From a virus, in the IMG/VR virus record IMGVR_UViG_3300051212_000701, positions 1-64,000 of that record: a stretch of 64,000 nt of DNA, one strand, 5' to 3'. Every line of letters starts with the position of its first letter. The stretch's first letter is position 1. Below the pieces are notes generated by a model, which was not told the origin of the DNA, ran no database searches, and was given only the letters and a program-made list of their open reading frames with translations. Of the stretch, positions 34,612-45,700 are shown in pieces. The position numbers and the translations under genes are program-made.

Positions 34612-37600
34612 TATATACCCTTCAGTGTATTTACTTCTTCTTGTAATGATTGTACCATATTAGATAGTTCTTGTACAGCCTTTACTAGTGGGGATATAAA
34701 TTCAGCATATCGTAAATTTTGTCTAGAGTCTGGGTCAGTATGATCGTCTAGCACCCAGCCAGCAAATGAATCTCCAACGCCAACGGAATCCAAAGCTTCC
34801 TTGACTTCTTGAGCAACAAATCCATAATGAGATCTTATACCCTCTCTAGAGGTTGTTTCAATAATATCTTTTCCGTTTTCATCTTGTCCTATAACTTTAG
34901 GAACTAAAATTGGTTGCTCTTCTTTTTCATCTCCTACCGTATTAATTATCTGTACTCCTTCCTCCATTACTTCTTTGATGGAGGTTTCTTTCCATTTATA
35001 CGATACTGGCCTCAATAGTTTAATAAAACTTAATCCTAAATTAGAATCACTAATATCTTTTTTAAGTCTTTCATCAGAGCTGTTTATGGATGTATCAACT
35101 GCCCAAACATCTGTCCATCTTCTTGATGACAAACCTAAAGATTGACCGTTATCTGTTCTTGGAGACCAGTCTGATGTTACTCCATAGCCTCCAGATACTC
35201 CGTATCCATTTAAATATGCATCTGCGCTGCCGTTTATATAATATGTTGTTCCATTAGCAAAATATGCATTGCTGGCTAAATACAACTGATTCCAGCTGAA
35301 TGAAGAAGTTCCTAAGCTGTAACCTGCATCAGACCAGGGGTAGCATGAGGTTGTCCATCCAGAGTTCGATGAGCTTGCATGGCCAATGGCCTTAATAACC
35401 ATTGTGGTGACTCCGCCTTTGGATGCATTTGTATTTATATACCCAGTGCTTCCTTCATCTGCGCCAATTGTGATAGTTCCACCAGTTATTGTTGCTCCAG
35501 TAACGTTGCCAGCAAAAGTTGCATTTCCGTCACTAGCAATTGTAAGTTTAGGAACTCCATTATTCCATGCTAATATTCCGTCTGCATTAAATGTAATTCC
35601 ACTATTAAATCCATTATTGCTTTGAGCGCCTTTATATACAGTAATTCCTGTCGTATCAATTGCTGTTAAGTTTCCAGTGCTGTTTGCTATTGCATACGAT
35701 GTTGCATTTAACTTACTGTTTAAATCTGTTTTTGTTGCATATGCACCATTTGTTCTTTTTGTCCATGAACCAGTCCCAGCCGCACCAGCTGTATATATTT
35801 CATTGTTGTCTCCGCCATTAACCCACAAATCTCCAGCACGGTTTGCGGAAGGAGCGGTGCTATCACTTGTATAAAAAGTTGTATTTTTTGTTGCTAATCC
35901 GTTATTAACAATTGTTGAAACTTGACCTGAAGTTTGATAACCAGCATTTTCTATGTTTGTTACTCTACCTGCTATAGCTGTTACATTTGCAGCCTGAGAT
36001 GTTGCTGCTGTTTTTACGTCGCCTAAAGTACCTCCATCTGATAATGCTGATCCTACACTCAGAGTTCCAGAGAAGCTTGAGTTTCCAGATATCACAGCTC
36101 CTGACGCATATAATACACCTTCTTTTGTAACCTTAAATGGTGCAGTAGATGATGAATTTCTTCCAATCCACATTCTATAGGTAGCATCGTTTGCATCAAG
36201 TCTAATAATATTATCTGTCCCAGAGGAACCCAATTCAATGTACCCTGTACTGTCTAGTCTTGCATTGTTTTTTGCTAGCTGGGTGCCGCTTAGTGTCCAT
36301 TGTGCAATTTGTCCTTTTGTTGCAGTCATTAACCCATCTGAGGACTGAAGCTTAAACGTTTCACCACTTGCATCGTACCCAAAAATACCTTCGCTATTAA
36401 ATCTTACTCTAGTTCCACTTGTAGGGGATGATCCAGCATACAATGTACCGCTTGTTGTTGAGCCGTCTGGTATTGCTAATTGAACATTGCCTGTAAACTT
36501 TCCACCTGTGGCATTAATATTTCCAGTTAAATATAAGTTAGTTCCATTCCAGTACATGAACTCAGTAGGATTTCCAACTCTAAATTGTCCTGTTGTAAGC
36601 CAAAAATTGTTACCTACGTTTGTTGTAGATTTATTTAAAATTATTCCATGATAAGTACCTGAAGTTAAACTTGGACTTGTAAGTGGATCTGTATTTAAAT
36701 TAATAGATTGAGATATGCCTGTTCCTATTTTAAATAAATCCTGTGATGCACCTCCAATTGCAATATAAGACTTTAGTCTAGCTAGGGCTCCCGCTGCTGT
36801 TCCATCTGCATCAGATGCTATAAATGTACCAGATGCGGCACCTGTCCAATTTACAACATCGTATGGTGTTGTAGATGCTACTTGATAATAATATGTTGTA
36901 TTTGGTATTAATCCTGTTGCCGTAAAAGATGTTGTTGCTCTTCCAGATACGGATGCGTATTCCCATAAAGGTGTTGGTACGCTTGCTGGATTATCTGTAG
37001 ACCATCTAATAGCATAACCTGCAGTTTTAGTATCTGTAGACTGAGCCCATGTAATATTTGATACAAGACTAAATCCACTTAAATCTTTCGGATCAATAGA
37101 TGCTGAAGCAGAAGTAGAGCCTGGATTTGCAACAGTAAAAGTTGTATCTGGATCAGCAGTTTTTATTGTTATTGGGCCAGCTACTGTTCCCTTTTTATGA
37201 GCTTCCCTAAATATATCTCTATGAACTACATAAACCCATTTATTGTTATAATCAGAAGTAATAACACTGCATTGATTATCAGTTCCAACAAATACAACTT
37301 TAGATGACGAGTTAAATGAATTTGTATCACTTTCATATACAATAGTGTCACCATATGTTTTAAATGTTGGTTTATCCCATGATACCGTGTAAGAAGAAAC
37401 TCCTCCTACCGCCACAACATTTGTTGGTGCTTCAGACAAATCTGGTATTGTTAATTCAATTGAGTATGTTGCTGAAGGTGGTCCAACTACTGGGGTTGTT
37501 TGAGTATCATCTGGATTCTTATAGTAATAATTAAATACAAAATTATATTTACCTACAAGCTTTACTGGCAAGTTTTCAATTGTGACAGAATATGAATCTT

Positions 37601-37700
37601 TAGACAACACACTATTTGACGTATCTACGCCTTGTGCATTATTTTGTAAGTCTGGTGTACCTACTACTTTATCGTCTAAGCCATCGTAGTCTGGTCTCAT
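34611..37700 (-). CDS. tail fibre/spike with Fn3-like domains and C-terminal S74 chaperone
   Basis: GLIPNTTYYYQV; SDERLKKDI...HYGFVAQEV...LRYAEFISPLVKAVQEL. Confidence 0.88.
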   Translation of the reverse strand: MRPDYDGLDDKVVGTPDLQNNAQGVDTSNSVLSKDSYSVTIENLPVKLVGKYNFVFNYYYKNPDDTQTTPVVGPPSATYSIELTIPDLSEAPTNVVAVGGVSSYTVSWDKPTFKTYGDTIVYESDTNSFNSSSKVVFVGTDNQCSVITSDYNNKWVYVVHRDIFREAHKKGTVAGPITIKTADPDTTFTVANPGSTSASASIDPKDLSGFSLVSNITWAQSTDTKTAGYAIRWSTDNPASVPTPLWEYASVSGRATTSFTATGLIPNTTYYYQVASTTPYDVVNWTGAASGTFIASDADGTAAGALARLKSYIAIGGASQDLFKIGTGISQSINLNTDPLTSPSLTSGTYHGIILNKSTTNVGNNFWLTTGQFRVGNPTEFMYWNGTNLYLTGNINATGGKFTGNVQLAIPDGSTTSGTLYAGSSPTSGTRVRFNSEGIFGYDASGETFKLQSSDGLMTATKGQIAQWTLSGTQLAKNNARLDSTGYIELGSSGTDNIIRLDANDATYRMWIGRNSSSTAPFKVTKEGVLYASGAVISGNSSFSGTLSVGSALSDGGTLGDVKTAATSQAANVTAIAGRVTNIENAGYQTSGQVSTIVNNGLATKNTTFYTSDSTAPSANRAGDLWVNGGDNNEIYTAGAAGTGSWTKRTNGAYATKTDLNSKLNATSYAIANSTGNLTAIDTTGITVYKGAQSNNGFNSGITFNADGILAWNNGVPKLTIASDGNATFAGNVTGATITGGTITIGADEGSTGYINTNASKGGVTTMVIKAIGHASSSNSGWTTSCYPWSDAGYSLGTSSFSWNQLYLASNAYFANGTTYYINGSADAYLNGYGVSGGYGVTSDWSPRTDNGQSLGLSSRRWTDVWAVDTSINSSDERLKKDISDSNLGLSFIKLLRPVSYKWKETSIKEVMEEGVQIINTVGDEKEEQPILVPKVIGQDENGKDIIETTSREGIRSHYGFVAQEVKEALDSVGVGDSFAGWVLDDHTDPDSRQNLRYAEFISPLVKAVQELSNMVQSLQEEVNTLKGI

Positions 37701-38644
37701 TAGAACGTCAATCCTATTCTATACTCAATATCCATTTCTCTGCCGTAAGATTTAGATATTGCATTTGTTAAAACAGATCTACTAATAATAGAAGCAGAAG
37801 AATTAAATGAATCTTCATCATTTATTCTAAGTCCGTCAAGAAGAACGGTAGTGCTTCCTGAGCTTTTAGCCTGAGCCCCTACAGAAACCTGTATAATAGA
37901 TTCTGCATCTGGAGTTCCTGCCCCATATCCTGATGCATATAAATTGTCTAATGTTTTTGCAACAATCTTATTGTCTGTAGATGAGTCTCCAGGGTATCTT
38001 ATTTCAAAATAACTATTTGTTGTGCTATAAAATCTTACAAAAACATAATCAAGATTTGTGTCTTGTTGTTTAAAAGCTAAGGTTAAGCTATCATTCTGAC
38101 TGTAACCAGAGAGGTCGAAGTTTGTCAATAAATTATATTTTGTAGACTGGTTTGCAGGAGATGTTAAGCTAAACCAGGTATTTCCTATTCTTGGAGCTGG
38201 AGAATACGTTGTTACTGCTGGAGAACCTGCATCATTTAGCCAGCTAAGATTGTTTTCAAATGTAGAAATAAATCTACTTGAATAATCTGTGTTGCCTTCT
38301 GTTGCACTTGCAAACAAACCAACTTCTTTTATGCTTCCGACAATATCTGTTGGCAATGTTGTTTTATATACTACTGCATATGTAGATGCCTGTGTGCTTG
38401 GATTTGTTTGAATATCTATGCTTCCCAAACTAACTGCTGATCGATAAAATTCAAAATCAAGTTGAGTGTTATTTACAGATGGAGTACTGTTACCTATTCC
38501 AACTGCTATGCTTTTATTGTCAAAAGTAACTGCTCCAGCAAGATAAGAGGTTAAAAATCTTTTACCAAATCTTGTTAGTATGTTTGACTGCTTGCATATT
38601 TCTTTGCCATTTTCATAAAAAACATATTCTCCTACGAGATTCAT
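37700..38644 (-). CDS. minor tail protein
   Basis: Tail module position; NILTRFG, IAVGIG, EVGLF; likely start MNLV. Confidence 0.7.
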   Translation of the reverse strand: MNLVGEYVFYENGKEICKQSNILTRFGKRFLTSYLAGAVTFDNKSIAVGIGNSTPSVNNTQLDFEFYRSAVSLGSIDIQTNPSTQASTYAVVYKTTLPTDIVGSIKEVGLFASATEGNTDYSSRFISTFENNLSWLNDAGSPAVTTYSPAPRIGNTWFSLTSPANQSTKYNLLTNFDLSGYSQNDSLTLAFKQQDTNLDYVFVRFYSTTNSYFEIRYPGDSSTDNKIVAKTLDNLYASGYGAGTPDAESIIQVSVGAQAKSSGSTTVLLDGLRINDEDSFNSSASIISRSVLTNAISKSYGREMDIEYRIGLTF

Positions 38645-38645
38645 T

Positions 38646-38999
38646 TTAGCCTCCCTTTCCATATACACCAATTACATCGTCTCCGACACTATTTTTAACA
38701 TTAAAAATAAATCTTGCTCTTGGTATATTTTTTTGATCAAAATATATTTCAGATTTTACAACTGTAATATCTTCAAGGTTTGGAGCTTTTAGCTTATCCT
38801 TATTTGGATCATCTTCTTCGCTTTCATTATCATCTCCAATATTTACTTCAAAAGTAAATTTATCTTTTGGAAGTGTAGATGCTGCACCTTCATCAAGCTG
38901 AAATGTAAAAGGATCAACAAGGTCCCAGTGTTCCTTTTTAAGTACCTTGGTTAGTGGGTCATCTTCGAAAAGCTTTAGCTTTGGGTTGTTTTTTGCCAT
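38646..38999 (-). CDS. minor tail protein
   Basis: Position; leaderless TGGTAGAAT promoter. Confidence 0.6.
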   Translation of the reverse strand: MAKNNPKLKLFEDDPLTKVLKKEHWDLVDPFTFQLDEGAASTLPKDKFTFEVNIGDDNESEEDDPNKDKLKAPNLEDITVVKSEIYFDQKNIPRARFIFNVKNSVGDDVIGVYGKGG

Positions 39000-39016
39000 A
39001 TTAACATTCTACCATT

Positions 39017-42000
39017 TCAGCCAACATAAATCGACCTACATAAAATCTTTGTTGATGGTCCATCTACCCAGTCGTGATTCATGTCAAGCACTATATATTT
39101 GCCTGCTGAAAACCCTGAAGGAATAGAAGAGTCTTCGCTAGAATACAGTCCAGCTTTAGGATATGATATTTCTACTACGTCTCCTATTTGTAAAAGCGGA
39201 TTAAAGAAAATAGACATTTCAACAATAGTTTGTTGTTTTGACCATTGGGTTTTCATCCATTCAGCCAAAGCTTTTGCTTCTGATTCTTTTTGTATCCAAT
39301 TAGAGTCAAAAGCAAATTGCTCTTGTTTTTCTTCTTGGGTAAGATTAGGATCCATGTATTCAAATGAATCTGATTTTACTATACTGTCACCTATAACCTT
39401 AAAGAATTTTGTTTCTCCGTCGCTCAACATCGTATAAGTTCCAGAGTTATTCATTACGTATGCTTCCATGGTAAATGCATCAATATTTGAACCAATAATT
39501 GTTGCAAAAGGATTCATGGTTATAACAGGGTACCTTGGTATAGCTGGAGTATTATCTCCAGATGTTATTCTGGAAGAAATTTTAATTATCTCTCTTGCTA
39601 CTGGACCAAACTCTTCCATATACCCAATTTCTTCTGTAACAGAGCTTTTTGAAAGCACAAAGTTAGAAAACTGCTTTACAAGAAATGAATTTTGTCCTAA
39701 ATATCCTTTATACGGATTATATACCTCTTTAGTATTAAACTCTTCATCTGTTATGGGAGAGGTATACATATAGTCATATCTTACTGTTCCTATTCCCGCC
39801 ACCAGTCCAGCAACGTTTGTGGTTGCTATAGGATCTTTATCGATTGCCAATATCTCTGTATTATCAATCATAAGTTTAAAGGTTTTAAATGTTTCTGTAT
39901 TATTTGTAGTTGTATTAACCTTTAATTGAATATTATACATTTTGCCGCCCTGAATACTTTGAAACTGATTTTGATCAGTTTGGCTATCAGGAAGGGTTGT
40001 TGCTACCCCATTTACGACCTTAATAATCTTAACACATCTTTCCTTAAGGTCTCTAGCTACGGCGCTCTGTACTGGCTCTACATGGACGATATAACCTGTT
40101 GTATGAGCAGCATTAAGACATACAGCCATTCCGCCTACGCATATCTGATTTCCACTTGATGTACCATCTGAATTTTTAGCAATTGGAAAATACATGCTTG
40201 TACTTACAACAAAATTATTATATCCAGATTGAATAGTTTTTGCTGTTGTGCTGCTAATAGTATATTTGGTTGGTGATGTAGCGGTAGGAGTTGCTGTTAT
40301 TAAAGAATTAACTGTCAGCATAGATCTTGGAGTCTTAAGACCATTTGAATCTGTTGACTCTAGCGTCATTAAATTATTATTTAAAGTTGTTGTTTTAGCA
40401 TCCTTATCGTACACATAAGTTGACCATCTTGATTTAATTGCTGCAAGATTAACTTCATGTGTTACTGGAGCTGGTAATAATCCAAACGCATTTCTTTGTT
40501 TAATTCTAAATTCACCTGTTGGCTTAAATGTTCCTGGTTGAGAAAGACCTTGATATTTAGCTATGTCTACATCTGATGTAATCCACTGTTCTGCTGTTGT
40601 ACTCTGACCAGCTAGCTGATAAATATATTTAATTGCATCAAATTCTATAATTTCTTTATTAATTAATAAGAAGCCAGCCTTTTGATAAAATACATGGTCT
40701 ACTGCTGATTCATATACAGAAACAGGCTCTGTAAATATTGACCCACCTGCTCCAGTTGATGCATCCAAAGTTTTAACGAGTGCCGCTGCCCCTAGCTTTA
40801 TGATTCCTGATTCATAAACTGGATCTGCTGAATATGTATATTGAGATGTAAGTTGTGGTGTGTACCTAACTTTAACTGCTTTTGCAGATGGAACAATAGT
40901 TTTTTTAAGGTCTATTATATTTGGAAGATTTTCTCCACTAGTTCCTTTTGCATCATATCTAAACTTAAATACTGAGTCTTTATTTTGAAATAAATATTCT
41001 CTTGTGTAAAACTGAAGAACATCATATTCATCAAAAACAGCAATCATTTGAGTATCATTACATAAGTCTTGAATGTGTTGCCACATTGTCTTTGTGCTAT
41101 CTGTATAATAAAACATTGGTGTAACAGTAGAAGAATCTGTTGTAGCAGTATTAAAATTATAATTAGTAAACCCTACACTATCAAGTAGCCTTCTTATAAT
41201 TGCTTGTGATGAGTAATCTCTCATAAGAATATCTGGAGCCATAATTTTTTGTAGGTATCCTGCGCCATCTAATGCTGATATGCTTATATCGCCATACTCG
41301 CTTAGGCTAAATTCTTCTGTTGAATAAAACACTCCATAAGGAATTTTATCTGAATTTTCAATTGTAATAAAAGGCTCAACGACTATATTTTTATACAAAT
41401 TTATTTTATTTTTATCAAATGGAAATGTTTTGTCATAGACAAAACCTGTGCCGTCATAACAATTTAAATCTAGGGAGAGTGAGTTTGCTGTAACCATTCC
41501 AACTGGTGTTATGCCGTCAGATGAATTTGATGACTGTTTTCTAACATCAAAAGTAACTAGTCTGTCTGTAACATCTTTTACATACTTAGCTGCTATTTCA
41601 ATTATTCCCAGGTACTCGTTTGCAATGCTAACTGATGTAACCTCAACTTTTATTTCAGATATGCCTACTGGTTGAGATGGCACAGCAAATTTTGTTGTAG
41701 TCCATTGTGCGCCATCGTAGTATAGATCTACAACACCATTGTTTGGAACAACAACATTAGTTGCAATTGTTGATTCTACTCCACTTAAATTTTTTATCTT
41801 GACAGTCCAAGCAGTTGGCTTTGAGTGTGAAGTTTCAAACTTAATTGTTATTTTATTTGATGCAGCTGTTTTAGCAACTGGATATGCTACTGTCAACATG
41901 CAGCCAGACAGCGATGTTCCAACCGCTCTCTTACTTACCCAATATTTATATTCTGTTTTTTCTCCTGGGTAATAAAGTCTGTATGTTTGATTTGTTGAAG

Positions 42001-42277
42001 TAGAATAAACTGTTGGATACTGATTTACACTATTATTAAGAATTAAGTATTTAATTCCAGCCGACTTTGGTCTTCTTGGATCAATTATAGACTTGACTGG
42101 GAAAAGTTTTTTAAAAGGTAGCGTATCCCCCGAAGATGATGTAACATCTGTTGACGCTGTAATATTAACGCCATCAATTAAATCGTTCATATTATACTCA
42201 AGCCAGCATCCTGGGACAGAAGTGTATGATATAGATTTATTTATAGCATTAAGTGCAGATGTATACCCAGATAGCAT
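39017..42277 (-). CDS. large minor tail (hub/Tal-like) protein
   Basis: Second gene after tape measure; NPLLQIGDVV motif; likely start MLSG. Confidence 0.75.
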   Translation of the reverse strand: MLSGYTSALNAINKSISYTSVPGCWLEYNMNDLIDGVNITASTDVTSSSGDTLPFKKLFPVKSIIDPRRPKSAGIKYLILNNSVNQYPTVYSTSTNQTYRLYYPGEKTEYKYWVSKRAVGTSLSGCMLTVAYPVAKTAASNKITIKFETSHSKPTAWTVKIKNLSGVESTIATNVVVPNNGVVDLYYDGAQWTTTKFAVPSQPVGISEIKVEVTSVSIANEYLGIIEIAAKYVKDVTDRLVTFDVRKQSSNSSDGITPVGMVTANSLSLDLNCYDGTGFVYDKTFPFDKNKINLYKNIVVEPFITIENSDKIPYGVFYSTEEFSLSEYGDISISALDGAGYLQKIMAPDILMRDYSSQAIIRRLLDSVGFTNYNFNTATTDSSTVTPMFYYTDSTKTMWQHIQDLCNDTQMIAVFDEYDVLQFYTREYLFQNKDSVFKFRYDAKGTSGENLPNIIDLKKTIVPSAKAVKVRYTPQLTSQYTYSADPVYESGIIKLGAAALVKTLDASTGAGGSIFTEPVSVYESAVDHVFYQKAGFLLINKEIIEFDAIKYIYQLAGQSTTAEQWITSDVDIAKYQGLSQPGTFKPTGEFRIKQRNAFGLLPAPVTHEVNLAAIKSRWSTYVYDKDAKTTTLNNNLMTLESTDSNGLKTPRSMLTVNSLITATPTATSPTKYTISSTTAKTIQSGYNNFVVSTSMYFPIAKNSDGTSSGNQICVGGMAVCLNAAHTTGYIVHVEPVQSAVARDLKERCVKIIKVVNGVATTLPDSQTDQNQFQSIQGGKMYNIQLKVNTTTNNTETFKTFKLMIDNTEILAIDKDPIATTNVAGLVAGIGTVRYDYMYTSPITDEEFNTKEVYNPYKGYLGQNSFLVKQFSNFVLSKSSVTEEIGYMEEFGPVAREIIKISSRITSGDNTPAIPRYPVITMNPFATIIGSNIDAFTMEAYVMNNSGTYTMLSDGETKFFKVIGDSIVKSDSFEYMDPNLTQEEKQEQFAFDSNWIQKESEAKALAEWMKTQWSKQQTIVEMSIFFNPLLQIGDVVEISYPKAGLYSSEDSSIPSGFSAGKYIVLDMNHDWVDGPSTKILCRSIYVG

Positions 42278-42735
42278 TATACTTCTTCCAGACCTATGCT
42301 GACATCCCAAAATTCTTGAGCAGCATCTGATGACTTAGACTTAACATTTCTTTTTACAAGTGTATGACTACACTCAGAAAATACAACATTAATAACTTCA
42401 TCTCTTGCAGTAACTGCATTATAAGAAATTTTTAACTTAAAAGAACCTTTCCCCTTGTTATGATAAAAAGTTTTTAAATCTACTGCTCCATATCCACCAT
42501 CTATTGTCATTGAGCTGTATGAAGGTAGCATGCGCCAATTTGTAGAAATTGTTTTTTTGTCAGCAGTAAATAGTTTACGCATAGTTCCATTTGCCATTCT
42601 TTGCTGTTTTTCAATTCTATTATTTCCTATACTTACTGGCTCTCTGTTGTGCTCAGTTAATTTAGTCCATGTCGGATTGTCGTCAGTTGATGTATCTATA
42701 TATAATACAGAACCTACTGGTAATGTTATTGCCAT
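42277..42735 (-). CDS. distal-tail-like protein
   Basis: Follows tape measure; RMANGTMR, ends LEEV. Confidence 0.7.
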   Translation of the reverse strand: MAITLPVGSVLYIDTSTDDNPTWTKLTEHNREPVSIGNNRIEKQQRMANGTMRKLFTADKKTISTNWRMLPSYSSMTIDGGYGAVDLKTFYHNKGKGSFKLKISYNAVTARDEVINVVFSECSHTLVKRNVKSKSSDAAQEFWDVSIGLEEV

Positions 42736-45700
42736 TATGACCTCCTTGGACCCATTTCTGAAATAGATCTTCTATTTCCTTTTTCTAGAACTTCTATCGT
42801 GGCTGTTGTAACTTTTCTTACTAGAGCATCCATATTCTCTCCTTCAGACTGCATAATTGTTTGGTTTAAAACAATTGGCTGTTGAGGTGTTGATTGCGCT
42901 GCCAGACCTGCAAAACTCTTTTGTCCAGACTGAACATTGTATGTTGGAGTTGCATATGGAATATTATTTAAGTCTGGAATAACCATATTACCATACAGTA
43001 ATTCTGGACCCTTATCTCCAACTATAGTAGGAACTGTTGGATCTATTGATGTAATTCCATATCCAGCTTTTACTACAGAGAATCCAGCATATCCAGCTTC
43101 TCCTGTAACCCGCCATCTTTGTCCATTTTTATCTGTAAATGTAGAACCTACCCACGTTCCAGTTCTATCCCCAGCTCCTCTAAATTGTTTTTTAGCTCCT
43201 GACTTTTCTAATTCTGATGCTGTTACATATGTTCCTCCAGCATACTGACCAGACTTCTTTGGGTCATCAGAAAACTTAACTGGAGTTGCTGGTGTAGGAC
43301 CTGCTGAGGCTTTCATGTAATCGATATAATCTTTTCCGCCAATAATAAGCCTATCTGCAGTTATTGACTTAGATGCTAGATCTCCTGCTTGGTTTGGCTT
43401 GCTAGAACCACCATTTGGCAAACCATACCATTGACCATTAGCACCCTTCTTTGGCCCCAAATTAACTCCTGCGGCTTCTGTAGGAGCAACTAATCCCGCA
43501 AGCAAATATTTTCCAGTCTCGGTTTTTCTAAAGTCTGCTTCTGTCATTCCTGGATTTTCATCTAAATATTTTACAAGATTTAAATTATAAGCAGTTTGAG
43601 CAGCATTTAAACCATCAATAGTTTTATTTAGTGCAGCTATCTTTTTATCAAGTGTTGCTAGGCTCTCTCCAGCTGTAGCTGCTGCATCTGCAAGCTTTTG
43701 ATTTGCTGCATTAATCTTTTCAATTTCAGCAATAAGAGGAGCATTTGCTTTATCTCTTGCTGCTTCAATTGCTCTTGTTTGTCCTACTGTTTGAAGATTT
43801 TGTACAGCAGACTCATATCTAAGTCTTGCTTGCGCTGCCTGTTCTGTATTGCCAGTAGACTCTGCAAACTGTAATTCAAGTCTTGCTGACTCCATTTCAC
43901 GATTAAGATCAGCATCTTCTTTTGCTGCATTAAGAGCCTTTATACGTGCATCAGCTAATTTATTTGTAGCATCAATCTGCTTTTGAAGAGCTTTAATTCT
44001 ATCTCTTGCAGATATTTGATCTTTAACGTTTTGTCCCTTTGCTTGAATTGCAAGTTTTTCTCTTTGAGCCTGTAGCTTTCCTAGCGCAGAGTATTCATCA
44101 GCCAAAGCCCCGCCTGCTGACTTATTAGCATCAATAACCTTTTGCTGTATAAGCATTCCCATGTTATACAAGGCTTGAGTTTGAGCAGCGTTAAGTTGAG
44201 AAAGATCTCCTTGTAGTCCTAAAGCTTGTAGTCTTAACTTTTGCCATACGCTTACTACTGTATCTGATGTATTGGCAAGCTCTTTAATTGCTGGATTAGC
44301 TTTTGCCATTTCTTTAATGGTTGCTGCAGTTAAAGTAGTTTGTTTGTACTGGCTCTGATTCAAATAATCCATCATTTGAATTTCAGCTTGGTACATACTA
44401 ATTTTTTCAGTTTTTCCTGTTTTATCTTTCTTTGCAGCATCTTCGCTCTTTTTAATAATTTCTTCGATTCCAGCGTCTACTGCGGTTAATGCAGTATTTA
44501 ATGCCGCTGCTTGTGACTGAGCATTGCCAAGTCTTGCTGCAGTGTTATATGACTTAAGTGCACCCATAGCGGCGCCTTTGGCATCTTGCATAGCATTAAA
44601 ATCTTTGTTTTGAACAGTAGCTGCAGCTGCCATATCTGCATTTTTAGATAGAGCAAACATTGCATAAATTTTCTTTGTAGCTTCATCTGCAGACATTCCC
44701 GCAGCAATAAACTGTTGTTTAAATCTAACTGCCAAGTCGCCAAGCTCTGCTTTTTTAGTAGAATTAATTAATTTAATTTGTTCATCAAAAGCACCCTTAA
44801 CTTCTTCTTTAAGCTTACGATATTCAGTAATAGTCATCTTGATAGGTATGCCTGCTTGAGTCATACTTTCGTATGCAAGCTTATTTGCTTCCATTAGGTC
44901 TTTTGATCTTTGAATGCTGTCTTTAATCTTTTGATTATAATCTACAAACTTAATTCCTGCTTTTTGAGCAGCTTCTGCTGTAAGTCCGTACCCTAAAGCA
45001 TTAAGTTTTTGTTGTTCTTGATATTTTTTAAATACAGTAAATCCTGCAGTTAATGCAGTTGTTATTCCAGTAATTGCTAATCCTAATGGAGTAGCTGACG
45101 CAAGAACTCTTCCAAGAACTGGACCAAGCTTTGACATAACAGCTCCTGCTTGAGAACCTGCTTTACCCATATTAATTAAATTAGCTGAAGTTTGAGCTAA
45201 TGGTTTAAGTGTTGATGTTGCAGATTGAGGAAGCTTGCTTGTAACACCTCTTGTCATTCCGCTCATTGCACCCATAGGAAGTAAGAATGGAAGGATGTTT
45301 GATACATTGCTTATTGCAGCTCCAGGAGTTCCTCCTACCTTGTCGCCCAACATATTGCCAAGCAAAGGTATTCCCATCGCTGCTAATAGTCCTGCTACTA
45401 AACCTCCTCCACGATAACCCTTAACTGGACCACCATTTGCATACCCCATTGGGCCGTTGCCTGAACCTACGTATCCACCTGAAGCATATCCTCTTCTCCA
45501 CTTTCTATCAAGCATTTTACTTTCATAAGTGGTTGGAACACGTCTTGTATTTAATCTTCCGCCTAATAATCTAGGATCTGAAAGTATTCCCTTTCTAAAC
45601 ATTTTACTTCCACCAGTTGTTACTGATTGCTTTTTACCAGATTCGTCTGTTATAACTACTGTTGTTTTTCCACCTTTTCCTGAAGCAGATGTTGGGCTAG